A DNA stretch of 64,000 nucleotides from Owenia fusiformis. Lineage: Eukaryota. The notes below the pieces were generated by a model, which was given only the letters and a program-made list of their open reading frames with translations, was not told the DNA's origin and searched no databases. Of this stretch, positions 37,946 through 51,806 are shown one piece after another. The stretch lies in the NCBI GenBank assembly GCA_903813345.2, contig CAIIXF020000001.1, positions 38,378,001 to 38,442,000 of the forward strand. The letters are read 5' to 3'. How positions within the stretch are numbered: the stretch's first letter is position 1; every line of letters begins with the position of its first letter. Made by a program: the position numbers and the translations under genes.

Positions 37946-38452
37946 CAATTGTTGACAGACAGATGGACGGAGAGACGGACGGACAGACGGACAAGTGAGT
38001 TATTTCAATAGCTCACCATGTTAGCTAATAATAACTTACTCATATTCCAAGTTATTGCAAATGAATGGTAGATGCATATTTTAAATGAAATCAAACGCTA
38101 AGTAGTCATGGAACAGTCGTTTTAAGATACAATTTAGATTCCCAGCAATAAACCACCATCTAATATTGTCAAAATGTTAGTATTTTCGAAGCAATAACGC
38201 ATATAAAGGAATAGTGTATGTGTACAATGATATAAATTGTTTCTTTGTAAAAATGTCTTTAATCATTTCTATATGACGCGAAACGTATGTTCTATAAACA
38301 AAGATCAGAATTTCGAGAAAACGAAATGTAATTTGTCATACGAAATGGCTATGTGTCTATGTGCAAAGAATCTTAATCTTTCGATTCGATTGGAATTACG
38401 ACTTGGATTTGGAAAAAGACTGTTGGTATGATATAGACTTGAGTAACTCGAG

Positions 38453-38778
38453 CACTCTTAAAAATGAATTACTTGAGTATTTCCCAAGTATTTCCCAAGT
38501 ATAAAAATTACTTAAAGTTAAATACTTAGTTTTACTTCGTTTTACTTAGGTTTAACTTATATTGTCATTTTGAGTTTTTTAATTGCTTAATTATGTAAAT
38601 GAGTATTACAATTACTACAGTAAGTATTTCAATTTCTCTCCTTGCATTAGTAAATTCACCATAAATGAATTACTTGAAAATTATTCAGTAGTTCAAGATT
38701 ATTTAAGTAATTTTTGACTTAAAATGAGTAGTACAATTTCTCAATATAAGGAAATCAAAGTAATAATTTTTAAGAGTG
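38453..38778. mobile_element. EnSpm/CMC-like MITE
   Basis: AG|CACTCTTAAAAAT ... ATTTTTAAGAGTG|AG (2-bp TSD), with internal TTACTT/AAGTAA motifs. Confidence 0.65.
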
Positions 38779-39675
38779 AGTCTCTCGCCAATTTCTTGGC
38801 AAGAGGTAATTTCATCTGGAATACAGTAAACTCCATTTGAAAAAAGCTGGCCGGCGTGTCATAAATTCATTGAATATTCTAAAAATCGCCAGATAAATAA
38901 ATCATTAATTAAAATGGGACTAGCTCAGCTCCTTGATGAGATATTGCATGATTTCGTCAGAATTCCGTCTAAAATTAAAACAAAATGGCTCCAAGAAAAA
39001 TGGCGATATTCTAAAACTGGACGAAACTGGAAAAATGGCGGACATATGATTTCAAATTTTATGATTACGACATGACCCGTTGTACATGCAGGAATTTATC
39101 TTTGGACGAAGGCCACGATACAGGGGTTCGTTTTTCGTACGATCGTAACTTACGATTCCGAGAAAACCATTTGTCTCTGTTTTGATGAACAATGACTTGC
39201 GACCGAATCGTAAGTTACGATGGTTTCAAAGATGAAGGTAAATATAGACATATAGTAAGGTTCATACACAAGCATGCGCATGCAATATCAATTTCACTTT
39301 GTATCTGTTTCTTTTTTTTAGTTTTGAATTTATTTCAATTTGAAAATTTGCTTGGTCTAGTATGTAACTTTGAGATATAAACTCAACGCTGGTCCGACTA
39401 AATTCAAATTGCCTCATTTATCGTATCCATATGGCGTCATCAGTTTATTTCATATGTGTTATTACAGACAAAATCACTACAAAGATCTAATATACTGCTA
39501 TGAATGGATGCATCAACTTTTATTTTACTGAAATTATTTTATTTCAATAAGGTAAAATAACCTACCCATGTAATAAAGGTGTTGTAAAATTAAATTTCAT
39601 TGCGGATTGTCGTCTGTTCTTCTTATATGTGCTGGTTTATTAGACCTTTCTCATTGCCATTGTACAGTTACTTAC

Positions 39676-39940
39676 TTTTTTTAATTATTCCTGCTCTCAC
39701 TTCCTTGCTGTCGCTCTCTTCACTTGCTCAAAGTGGAATGAATTGCATAGTACCTGAAGTACTTATATGCTTGTAAATGCGATAGTTTAATAGTGGAATA
39801 TGACGGCATTCAATATATTACTGTTGCATTCTGTCCAATCAGTCTAACCGTACAAATTAGCCAGTGATATTCACATGTATGTGTTAATATTGCATTTGTT
39901 ATGCCGTCCTACACATCAGGTTGTTGTTTGACGTAACTAA
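39676..39940 (-). promoter_or_regulatory. Putative promoter and non-coding exon 1 (39739-39676) of the neuropeptide gene
   Basis: On the minus strand: TATAA at 39767, initiator-like TCATTC with its A at 39739 (28 nt downstream), and donor GTAAGT at 39675. CRE-like TGACGGCA (39801) and TGACGTAA (39929), CCAAT (39835). Confidence 0.5.
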
Positions 39941-41003
39941 TATTAATAATATACAAACATTTTAAGGATACCATAACAATATCATATATATTACATTTTT
40001 GTGGAAACAAACTTTGTTCGTAGGAATGTTAACGAGTCAGCATTATGTGACCTTCAAGTCGTCTAGTTATCCATTTCGTTGTAATTCTTTTCACGCATAG
40101 AATAATATGAAACGAGATACATTTAATCTAATTGGTACTTTGTTTTATCAGGTGTGGTACTAATGAGCTATTGTTAAGAAATAATAACTTGGAAATTATC
40201 TCATTTTCCGCGAAAGCATGCCCTGACATAAAATCACTCAAAATGTAATTAGAAAATCTATGTGTCTTAAAATTTACCCAATAAGCGAGTCAGTTCATAA
40301 AATTTGACAAAATTAATTCGGAAGAATGTGTAGATATGACATATTATTGGTGATATATGTGTAAGCTAGGTAAAGTAATCCGATTTCACCAAGAGCATGC
40401 TTGGACAGAAATCGTGACATCTCTAAATCTCAAACGTGTTGATGCTAGCCAAGCACAGCAATATTTGATTCATTAACCCTAGAAGCCCTAAGGGGGGGGG
40501 GGGGTCAAAATGACTGAAATTTTCAGGGATGTTTCTACGTATCAAAGTTAAGAACTGATTCGTTTTTTGGCATTCTGGGTAAAATTTAAGGTGGCCATTT
40601 TGGATTTTCCGTCCTAAATTCTTCACTGTCACACTGCTGTGTTTTAGGTACGATATTGTTCACGTCTGTGCCTTGTTTATTAAAACAATATGTTTTCTTT
40701 CGAGTGAAGGTTGCCATACTGCACATGGACCTTTGACCAATCATAAAATAATGGTCTTGAAAAATCGAACATAAAAATTCGTTAAATATTTTGTCCTCAT
40801 ATTAATTACGTATTTGCAGTTCTAGTCTGCGCCAGCCTGTATTGAGTTAGAAGCACTATTAGCAATTACCTTCCTGGTGTATCCGTTAATTATAATTAGG
40901 TAGTTCCTTTACCAGAAGCTGAGACTAAATCCCCAACCATATACTATGCAAAGCTTACCTCTATAACACAATAGAGTCTTTCCTTACCTTCAGAAACTGC
41001 ATC

Positions 41004-41462
41004 ACTGGTGATCCGCTCGATTACGCTGGTTACCGAAACGGTTCGTTTCGGTAACAAAATGTCGGAACGTCGAAGGTACGCTTTTTCTTTTTTCCTTATT
41101 TCACACGTTGTAGGCAGAATTCCCAAGACGTTTATTCTCACAAACGTATATGTTTTAGAAAATGTACATGTTTGCGAAAAAGTAGCTCAGAAGACAACAG
41201 AATCGTCGAATTAATTCCCCACTTAAGTTACATATAAACGGTATGGGTTAAAAGTGCAGATCTTAACTGTTTTTCGAAGTACCGTTTCTGTAACTAAGTG
41301 AGGAATTTCCTAAACATATTTCAATGATACTGATACACATTTGTGATAAGAATGTCGTGGGAATTCTGCGTACAACGTGTGAAATAAGGAAAAAAGAAAA
41401 ATCGTACCTTCGATGTTCTGACATTTTGGTAACCAAACGTAATCGAGTGGATCACCACTGTG
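41004..41462. mobile_element. MITE with long (~130-bp) imperfect TIRs
   Basis: GGTGATCCGCTCGATTACG...TTTTTCTTTTTCCTTATTTCACACGTTGTA vs its reverse complement at 41345-41460. Confidence 0.7.
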
Positions 41463-42325
41463 CATGGGACTCATAAATCGCGGAAATCAGAGCCGTCGAA
41501 AAAATCGTATTGACCTTTTAATTGACATTGGAAATTTTAATTGTTCGCAGTGTGAGTACCTAAATTATGGAATATAAATGTCCATTGTGCAAATAATAAT
41601 TGATGATTTATATATCTCAGATATATTAAACTAAAATGGCAATGGGCTTGTGTGAAAAAATATATATTAATTAATGCCGTACCTTTAATTGCACCAGTAT
41701 ACGTACATGCAATGTACGTGAACGTGATTTACATTCTTTAATCACGTGTTAAATTGTATCCATGATCGTATGTTGTCCAAACGTCCATTGCTTAATATCA
41801 GCACATTATTGTTATTATTTACAGGGAACGTGTCATTTGTTGGCATCGACGAGTCCTCCCGGTATTATGTTGAAACCATACTACTGAATACACATGGTGT
41901 CTTTGTGTCCAAAGTGTTACATTTATATACCTGCTGCATGAAGCGAAAAACATCTGTAAAACTTAACCATCGATTTGTTAAAAGTAAGATATATCCTTGA
42001 CTTAAATGGAGGGATGACGTCATTTTGTACAAAGAAGGAAGTAATATTGCGTGAAGTACGAGCATTATCGAAAGATAAGCTCGCATGCATCAAATGTGTC
42101 ACGTAACACATTCTAGTAGTACACTTGTCACATCTTTTTGTCTTTTATTGCAAGACTCAGATGAACTTGGGAAGGAAGTTTACTTTAAATACGCTACTAG
42201 ATGTTGGGTGATGAATCTTGCCTTGTAATTAACGTGCGTTAATGTATTTAGTACTCGGTATGGCAATATATCAGTTGTCAACACAGAACATATAGTCCAT
42301 TTGTCACTCCTATGCATCCTATAGT

Positions 42326-44191
42326 GAACCTATGAATTGTTAAAAACACGATGTTTTTGGTTAATTTTTGACGATAAGGGTTTCCTGAAGAGATTTAGCT
42401 GGGTTGGACAAAAATTTAGTTTGGGGAAAAAATAATATAGGCTAATTAGCGAAGCCGTTATTAAAATATTGATTGTTTTCTATATCCTGAAATGTAAAAA
42501 TGAAAGCAGCATAATTAGTTTGTCTAAACTTGTGTTTTCAGGGTAAATGAATAAGATATTGTTAAAATATACAAGAATAACCTCAGGAATAACTTATTAG
42601 ATGCATAATTGCAACTTTTAGCATATGTTACATGATTAAAATATCGCATGCGCATTTATTCAGATATTTTCTATATTAAGCTTGTAATACAATGAAAATA
42701 ACTGACTAAATAACTAATTAAGGGCTTCTTTATTGATTTAATTGGGTTGCCAAAAATGACTTATTTCGGGAAAATTATATACCCTCTGTATCAAAAGTCT
42801 TTTCCTATTAAGGAAAACCTCAAATAACTTTTGTAAATGGCAAGTAAACTTAATGAAACTTTTCACACATACTTTAAGGCATATAATACTCACTATCCGG
42901 AAATTTTAAGACAATTGATTAATTTTTACACAAAATATTACATACAGAACATAGCATATACCAAAAACACCGATGTGAATTTTCCAAGTTTGTGACGTCA
43001 AACTTACTCAAGATTGCCAAACTGACCAAAGTCTGGCTGCTCTGTAAAACTAAGCGGACAAAGGTATTTATAATTTGTATATAAAATGCTAATTATGAGC
43101 AATCAGAATATGTTTAATTAATTATAGACTTAAGAAATATAGACCGAAGAGCATATATGCCTTAAATTATGTATGAAAAGTTTCATCTTGAAAAGTTTAC
43201 TTGCCATTGACAAAAGTTATTTGAGGTTTTCCTAAATAGGAAAAGACTTTTGATACAGAGGGTATGCAAATTAGGGCAGCCATTATTGAAATATCTTACA
43301 TAATTTAAAAAGTAATAATGATAGCATCACAATTGTTGTGCCCTTGCCCATGTTTTCAGGCTCAATGAATAAGATAATAAAAAAAGATATAACAAGAATT
43401 ATTAATCATATTTTAATGTACTACATCAATTACATGTACTACAAAAATGTTTTCAGGGTCAGTCAGATATATGGTAATGTTAGAGATACAATGATAACTT
43501 TTTAGATATTGTGCATATATGCAAATTAGCATATTTATTATTGGTATTTCGCATCGCATTTATTCAAAATATTTTGTTTATCAAGCTTGCAGTACAAAGG
43601 AATGACTAATTGGTGGTTTCCTTAAATTCTCAGTATTTTAATTGGGTTGCCAATTATTGAATTTCTAACATATCTTAGAAAGGAAAATGATAGCCTGGGA
43701 CCTGGAGACACATGTTTTCAGTTCAATGAATAACATAATGTTAAAATATACAAAAATAACTTATCAGATTATATGGTATGCATGTTTAGCATATTTAGAG
43801 ATATCAACCGTTTTGTATGATGAAATTAGATGTGTGTCATCACCAATAGTGACAAATGAATTACTTCATTTATGTACTGGTGTTTAATGTATAGAAAAAT
43901 ATTATAACATGAAACAGATCCCTGAATCACACCATGAGTGAATGATGGAGTATGGTTGATTGAGACACTGTGTTCGTGTTCTTAGCTATTATACCATGTT
44001 ACCACTATTCCAAAGTTGATTTCATCGTTTTTAATTCATCAATAAGCAAAATAGTATGGTCAGATGAGTCAAAATCGCTTTTATATAATGGACACCTTCA
44101 TTTGCATATATAATTTTCCCCAAGGTTGCCTTTTGTCCAACCCAGCTAAATCACCTCATAAAACATCGTGTTTTTACAGATTCAAAGGTTC
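42326..44191. mobile_element. Nested non-autonomous elements: outer degenerate TIR element containing an inner Tc1-like MITE (42782-43261)
   Basis: Outer: GATTTAGCTGGGTTGGACAAAA (42392) / TTTTGTCCAACCCAGCTAAATC (44131). Inner: TA|CCCTCTGTATCAAAAGTCTTTTCCTATT ... AATAGGAAAAGACTTTTGATACAGAGGG|TA with ~110-bp TIRs. Confidence 0.65.
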
Positions 44192-44238
44192 AGAAAATGA
44201 CACATCGACTAATAGATATAACCCAAAACATACTTTAA

Positions 44239-46168
44239 CACTCTCCCATGTATACCGTTCCGTATTAGTGAAATTGTTGACATTAATACGGAATAAATCA
44301 TACCATTTCATGAAAAATGGTGACCTTGTCCTACGGAAATTGAGATTATGTTTCACAGCAAGTTCGCACGGCGATACTGTATAGCACATGCTCTGAAGAA
44401 TTGATTCTACTTTCTATAGACACCAATCACATCTCTCTCAATGGAATAATAAAAAAGCCTTAGGGCCCCAACCTCCTTTGTTTACATTTACAAAAAAGTG
44501 AAAAAATGACAAAAGTTGTCATAACTTTTAAATCTAAATCTGTTGAAACCGATTTGACTTGCTAGCGACAGATACTTTAGTCTTTCACGAACCGAACATG
44601 TCAGTTTGGTTCGTTATATCTCCAAATAAACGATTTCAACATTTTGAAAAACTCGATGCTAGTCCACGTATTAATACGGAATGGGTGTTAAATCGTATTA
44701 TACATTCCCGGGGAAATCACAATTTCCATAAAGCTTGCAATGATAATTGTTCTGATAGCTTATTGATAGACATTGGACAGTATCTTATTGCATGCAAATG
44801 GCACGTTAATCGACGGCGTCAACACGTCCGTCAATCGCAAGGATTGAATGTACATAAATAGAGTTCTCTTTTTCTTAGTATTTAAAGATAAGTTGTACAT
44901 CGACGGCGTCAACGTGATAGCTTTACGCCCATTAATAGTATAGATAGGTTGTTGTTCTTTTTCTTATTGCATCTAATAGGCAGTAGTTTACCGACGGCTA
45001 CAACGTATGTCCTGGATCCAAGCTAATAAAGCAACGTGTTTGTTTTGTATTTAAGAATTGCTATAGTCAGGGGATGGTCTCGCGTGGGGTATTTCTTGGG
45101 GTGCAAAAGAATACCCCACGAAAGTCCCGGTAGGTGTCATATTATTTGGTACTTTGTGAACGTGTTGAGTTGTTTTCTTACCTGCCGATTCCCCCAACAC
45201 GTTCCCATTACACCAGAGGATGATTGAAATGTTAAAAATGGACAGCCAGCCGCATTGTCTTTGTAAAAGTGGGCAAGACCACAACAAAAGTCTTTTGATT
45301 TTTCCGACGTTTTAGAAAGACAATTAGAACTAAATGAGGCTGTCCATTTGTCCATTTGAATTTAATACAGCAAATTGAAGCTTACATTTTCATATTGTTT
45401 CCTTGTGAAATAAAAATTGTAGTATAGTTGTCATTACTTATGCGACATTCCCTATCACCGTGTCTAGTGCTGGCACTTAGATGATTTTCTTGCCAAGGTT
45501 TTGGTACATTCTTCAAACCGGCATGACACTCTTACCCTCTCCATGACGAACGAAGTTATAATTGAAACTAAATGCCCATGCTACTGAAACCCGTATTCAA
45601 GGTATTATGTTTAATAGCCCGGGTTAAAACATAGTAATATTGTATAACACTACTATCTTAATTGCTTCATTTCATTCGCGAGTGCACCGTTTCGTTCATT
45701 GAGTTTACTTATCGAGTCGACCAATTCCGTATTAACACGTGGACTAGCATCGAGTTTTTTAAAATGTTGAAATCGTTTATTTGGAGATATTACGAACCAA
45801 ACTGACATGTTTGGTTCGTCAACGACTAAAGTATCTGTCGCTGGCAAGTGAAATCGGTTTCAATAGTTTAAGATTTAAAAAGTTATGACAACTTTTGTCA
45901 TTTTTTCACGTTTTTGTAAATGTAAACAAAGGAGGTTGGGACCCTAAGGCTTTTTTATTATTCTATCGACAGCGATGTGATTGATGTCTATAGAAAGTAG
46001 AATCAATTCCCCAGAGCATGTGCTATACAGTATCGCCGTGCGAATTTGCTGTGAAACATAATCTCAATTTCCGTAGGACAAGGTCACCATTTTTCATGAA
46101 ATGGTATGATTTATTCCGTATTAATGTCAACAATTTCACTAATACGGAACGGTATACATGGGAGAGTG
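44239..46168. mobile_element. TTAA-flanked (piggyBac-like) non-autonomous element with ~440-bp TIRs
   Basis: TTAA|CACTCTCCCATGTATACCG ... CGGTATACATGGGAGAGTG|TTAA. Arms 44239-44681 and 45724-46168 are highly similar, and mirror ORFs appear in the ORF track. Confidence 0.8.
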
Positions 46169-46612
46169 TTAACGTATCCTGTCAAAAACATTCCGTATAA
46201 TCCCTATTTTGAAATGATCCTAATGCAGATAATTAGGAATCCGAATAGTTATGTAGTTAGTCTGCATCAGTTTGAAACAATCAGTCGACAAAGGAGATAA
46301 ACATACCATATTAAAAGTTGATGATATCAATGCTCTATAGCATACAGAAATCCGAAGGCCCAGGTCCAATATTTCACTATTTTGCCCGCAGAAATGACGT
46401 TATTAGTATTATTACCACCGTTTATGCCCAGAGCTGAAATAGCAAGAACTGACTACCACTGGTCTTATATCACTGTTTCACAACTAGTTACTTTGACGGA
46501 ACGTCAATGTAGCAAAATGGATGAACTTCCTGGTTACGAATTTTTCGGCATACAAAATGAGTATGGTCACATTAGTGTACAGTCATCGTACGGCGCCTGC
46601 AAACAACTAAAT

Positions 46613-48335
46613 CAGGGCCGTCAGATGGGGGGGTGCGATGGGTGCGACCGCACCCCCCTTTGTCACACCCCAAAATAAATTTGAAAAAAAAAATTGAAAA
46701 AAAAAATTTTTGAAAAATATTTTTTTTTGTATTTTTTTTTCATTGACTCATACACTTTGAAAGTACCCAGAAAGCACCAAATAGCATCTTAAAATTGTAA
46801 AATTTTCTAGGGGTATTGGCCACCCCTCACACCCCCCACAAAACAATGGAAAAGTTCTAAATTTATTTTAGAGTTTTGTCTCAGACACGTTTAAAGTGCC
46901 CAGATATCATCAAATAGCTCCTTGATATAGTTAGTGTTTCTGGGGGATTTACTCCCCCTCTTGCATCTTGCACTTGAATAACCCCCCCCCCCCTCCTCTG
47001 GCGCCGCCCCCCCCCCCCTTGACCCCCCCCCCCCAAAAAAAAATGGTGATTTTCTCAAATTCTTTAATTGACTCATACACTGAAAGTGCCCAGAAAGCAC
47101 CAAATAGCGTTGTAAAATTGTAAAATTTTCTAGGGGGAGTGGGCCACTCCTCACACCCCAAACAAAACAATGGAAAAGTTCTGAATTTGTTTTATGTATT
47201 GTCTCAGACACTTTTAAATTGCCCAGACATCATCAAATAGCTCCTTGATAAAGTTAATGATTCTGGAAGACTAACACTTACTTGGCCACTGGCATCCCCA
47301 CTCCCCCTCCCCCTCTGGCAGCCCCCCCCCCCCCAAATTTTTTTATTGACTCATACCCAGAAAGCACCAAATAGCATCTTAAAATTGTAAAATCTTCTTG
47401 GGAAATAGGCACTTTTAGGCACAGATAATTTTAAAGTGCCCAAACTTCATCGAATAGCACCTTGATATTGTAAATTTTGATATGGGGGACAAACACTTGC
47501 TCCCCCTCTGGCACCCCAGCCCCACCTCCCCCTCTGGCACCCCTCCCCCCTTTGACACCCCCAAAATTTGAAAAAAATTGCGATTGTTTTTCAATGTTTT
47601 TATTGACTAATACACTTTAAAAGTGCCCAGAAGCACCAAATATCATCTTTAAATTGTAAAATTTTCTAGAAGAGTTAGCCACCCCTCACATCCCCCACAA
47701 AACAAAAGAAAATATTCTGAATTTCATGTATTGTCTCAGACATTTTTTAAGTGCCCAGACATCATCAAATAGCACCTGGTCAATGTTTCTGGGGGACAAC
47801 CCCTTGCTCCCCTACTGGCACCCCAACCCACTTCACCCTCTCATCCTCTTTGACACCCCCAAAAGAATTTGAAAAAAATTCACATTTTTCTTATTGACTC
47901 ATAACGCACAGGCGTACCAGATGGTTGCAAATTCGCTCCAAATACAACCAAATTTCAAAATTTTCCTGGGGGAGAACCCCCAGACCCCCCTGAATGATCG
48001 TTTTTTTTATTCACTCAACTCTTATTCCCGTGGTGGTGGCGTACTACTTAGAAACTTACACTTTGAAAGTGCCCAGAAATCACCAAATAGCATCTCAAAA
48101 TGTCAAAACTGTAACATTTTCTAGGGGGAGTGGACCACTCCTCACACCCCCACAAAACAATTGGAACGTTTGGAAGTTGCATGCATTTGTTAATTCCAAA
48201 CCAATATAGGGAGTAACTGACCCCCCCCCCCTGTCTTACGCGATTTGATTTACGCGGCAAAAAATGACAATTTTATATTCTCTTTAGTAAGCTAAAAACC
48301 GCACCCCCCTTGGAGAAAAGTGTCTTACGGGCCTG
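46613..48335 (+). mobile_element. Non-autonomous element with internal degenerate tandem repeats (poly-C rich)
   Basis: TAAAT|CAGGGCCGTCAGA ... TCTTACGGGCCTG|TAAAT (5-bp TSD). Repeated AAAGTGCCCAGAAAGCACCAAATAGC units; related sequence at 11500-12700. Confidence 0.65.
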
Positions 48336-49808
48336 TAAATCCATAGGATATCACACGGGTATCGCAAGGCTGTCTGCCGATGACCGTACGCCACCCGTCA
48401 GGACATCGGTCGATCTTCAGGAAACCAGAGAGCCTCTACAGCTATACATTTATTCATGAAAAAGTTTCTTTCATTTCAGTTTCCAAAATCAACCATTCTG
48501 CATTGACTTAAGACATGTCTTTGAGCTGTACATACAGGTATATACATTCTATAACATTATGATGTTGAACTTTTAAATTTTCATAAATTTATTGAAAATT
48601 ATCATATCATCTTGATTTATTGTAAGATACTCAAATAAAATAAATTGTAGCTAGACTCTCGCAAAGTGTGGCCCTTGACAAAACTATACTCACAGACACA
48701 TTTTCAAATGATTTTTAATGACATATGCATGATTGAATCGGATAAAAAGGTATCATCCTGTTCATCAGGATTTAATGCCAAGACTGACAAGCAGTTAATA
48801 AGGACGAAAAGATCCATCCACCCACACAAGGACCCGAATGTGTTATTGTTTTACAATTATATTTCGTTATACAATTCGTTCTTTTATATTTTAGAAAAAA
48901 ATTTGGACAATTATATTTCCTAAACTTATCATATTAATTGTCATATATATTGTTTCTATCATATTAGTAATTATAATTGAGAATTATCGAACAAATCAGT
49001 GTGTAAATTTAAATAAAATCCCTAGATGAACTTACGATGCCACCGGGAGTCGTAAGATAATCGTGCGATGACCGTACGGGACACGGCCAGGTAGGTACCG
49101 ATGAGTTGGGTTGAGAAAAAATCGCCAACACATCGGCAACTTTTATCTCCGCGATAAAACTCTGCCGGCGCCCGGGCGATTTCTAAAAATCGGCCGATGG
49201 TGCTCGATCATCGCTTGGCGCCCGTACGATGCCCGGGCTCGCTAGCCGATTTTGAACGAAATACTCATCGGCCGGGCGCCGTAAGGAAAATCGGAGCCTT
49301 TGGACCAAGGCATCACTAGGAAAAATAAGTAGCAAATCAACCAACAGTACACATTTGATCAAAACCTTCATTTTGATCATTTAATAATGAAAATAACAAG
49401 GCATTGGTAGTATTTCCTTTTTGCAAAAACTATTAAATGAATCCATTTTGAATAAAGTCAGATTTTTTGAATTTGGAGACATGTTTGAAATTCTTCCTTG
49501 ATGAAAGTAAGCTGTAAAGTGTGTTCATCTTAGGCCTAAATATAACTTTATGAAAATTTAAGGATTCGGCAAAAATATCATTTTTAATGGGAAATGGCGG
49601 CCAATTTGAATGAAGAATTATTTCCCAAAGATGAAATTTATAGACAGACCTCATTTGCCATTGAACTGAATCTCCCAATGCTCGCTGTAGTTTTATGAGT
49701 ATTCTCTAAGTTTGGATCGAGCAACTTCAATAGTATTACCGTAGGTTTAAAATGATGATATTGAACTGATCGATGTTAACGAAATTTCCACGATTTCAAA
49801 TTTTACTT

Positions 49809-49960
49809 TGCGCATGCGCAGCCCTGAGAGAGCATGTGCTTATGATTTTTCACGTGATCGCATCCTGCAATTTGATTGGAGATGATGCGAGAGATGACGT
49901 AATGGGGAATCCCCGAATAGAAGCAGAAATTCTATTAGAATAAAGCATCAACCTATAAAA
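49809..49960 (+). promoter_or_regulatory. Dense Pol II promoter-like motif cluster
   Basis: NRF1 palindrome TGCGCATGCGCA (49809), E-box TCACGTGA (49850), inverted CCAAT (49875), CRE/PAR-like TGACGTAA (49895), NF-kB palindrome GGGGAATCCCC (49904) and TATAAAA (49954), all within 152 bp. Confidence 0.55.
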
Positions 49961-50225
49961 TTCTTACTAAATTGGAAAAACCGGTATTTTAATTATCTTT
50001 CGGACACTTGTGGACGATTGAACAGACGGGCAAATGTTTTTTCTGTACTCACTCAAACTTTGCTCAATGGTATAGTTACCAAATTTTGCATAGCATCTAT
50101 GCATCCTATGTAATGTCTACATCAATTTACGTAATTGATGTAATTGTTGACTAAAATTGAATGGACAAATAATGGCATAAACACATTTAAAATATATCAT
50201 AACTTATTTTTAATTAGTAACCCCT

Positions 50226-51058
50226 CTATCACACCAAACTAGTTCTTACCCGTTCTTTCCAGTCCTACGAAAACGTCGTAAAACGGGCTCAATCTGGCTG
50301 TGGTCGGGAAATATGTCAAAAATAATAAGCTACTTCGTTCATATGTAAACAGTCTTCAATACGTCCATCTCATTCGCAGTTCGTTCAGGTCGCACCACGT
50401 CGATGTGCAACGTCGTATAACGCGTCCTTTAGTCTAGAAGGTCATCATGGCCTGATTACAGAACGGTATGGTCGCCATCGAATTTTGAATCGATCAAAAT
50501 TCTAAATCACATTCCCTGTCCGGGAAAGTCCATGAAGTTCGTAAACAGACCGTAGAACGTTGTAGCTACGTTCATTCCGTTCGCACACAGTTTAAAACCA
50601 GTTTTGAAGAACCCAATGGCAACTTGTTTGGTGTGATAGCTATATTTTTGCTAACTCGTGGATAAATACGTTCTTCATCAGTTTTAACCCGTTTGCAATT
50701 AGTTCTACCTCGTTCTCAATACGTCCTCAGACAGAACTCGTTGTAAAAACGTCCCTAGTAGGATTAAAGTACGACGGTTCCGTTCGTAGTACGTACGTCC
50801 AGCTAGTCGTTAGTAGGTTGTCACTCGTTCTAATTATAGAACGTGACGACCAAGAGAACATATTGAGCATGTTCTAAGTTCTAGAGGACCTACCCGTTCG
50901 AGTACGTTCGATGAAGTTTGTAAATAGACCCCAAACGGTTCTAAGTACGTCCAGTCCGTTCGTACATAGTTGAAGCCAATTTTCGAGAACGTAGTGAGAA
51001 CTAGTTTGGTGTGATAGTAACCCTACTATCACACCAATCTAGTTCCCGCTACGTTCTA
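50226..51058. mobile_element. MITE cluster with CTATCACACCAAACTAGTTC termini (Harbinger-like)
   Basis: TIR at 50226; inverted copies ending ~50639 and ~51018; another forward copy at ~51026. Confidence 0.55.
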
Positions 51059-51806
51059 AGTAAGTGTTTCCGAGGCAATAATCCACTTGTATTAAGTTTC
51101 TTTTGAGAACAAACAGTCTTCATCAGAAGAAATGGAAAACAATAAATCAAGTTATTACTTTTTATAATAGCGCATTAGTAAGATTAGTATAATCATGGTG
51201 CAATTAGTATTTACAGAACATAACCGAGCATGGGGGTAGAGCAAAATAACACATCTGTATCGGATTCCACGAATGACGAATTATATTATATTGTTTCACA
51301 CTTTCGAGCAACACATTCTATTACAGGTTATGATACAACAAAACGTTTGTATGAAATTGAAAATGTGAAAATGATGAAAACTATCTGTTGGGACAGAACA
51401 AGCATCTGAAGGTTTCTTGCCTAAACACGATGAAGGGTGCGTTACGACTTATGAACTGTATCCGAACGGAGTAGACGTACGCCGTTACAATCTTTTCCGT
51501 TTATAAGAACTTTATGAAGTTCTTCGCGGGAAGGTGCTCCCGAACATTATTCCTTGCAAGCACGTTCAAAACAAAATTTAGACGTTTATAAAAGTTCACG
51601 TTAGTCAGATCAAAATGTCATTTTCAACTTTGAACATTGACGTGCTCGAACCAGATACTCCCGAACGTCATTTACTCTTTAGTTTGTCACTATCACCTAC
51701 ACGTGTCATTCAATCCATTTGAGCAGCAACCAAGAAGGTTTCGGTGTAAAACCTGTTTATGTATTTATATAAGATATGCAGATCAGCAAGACCCACCCTC
51801 TCTTGA

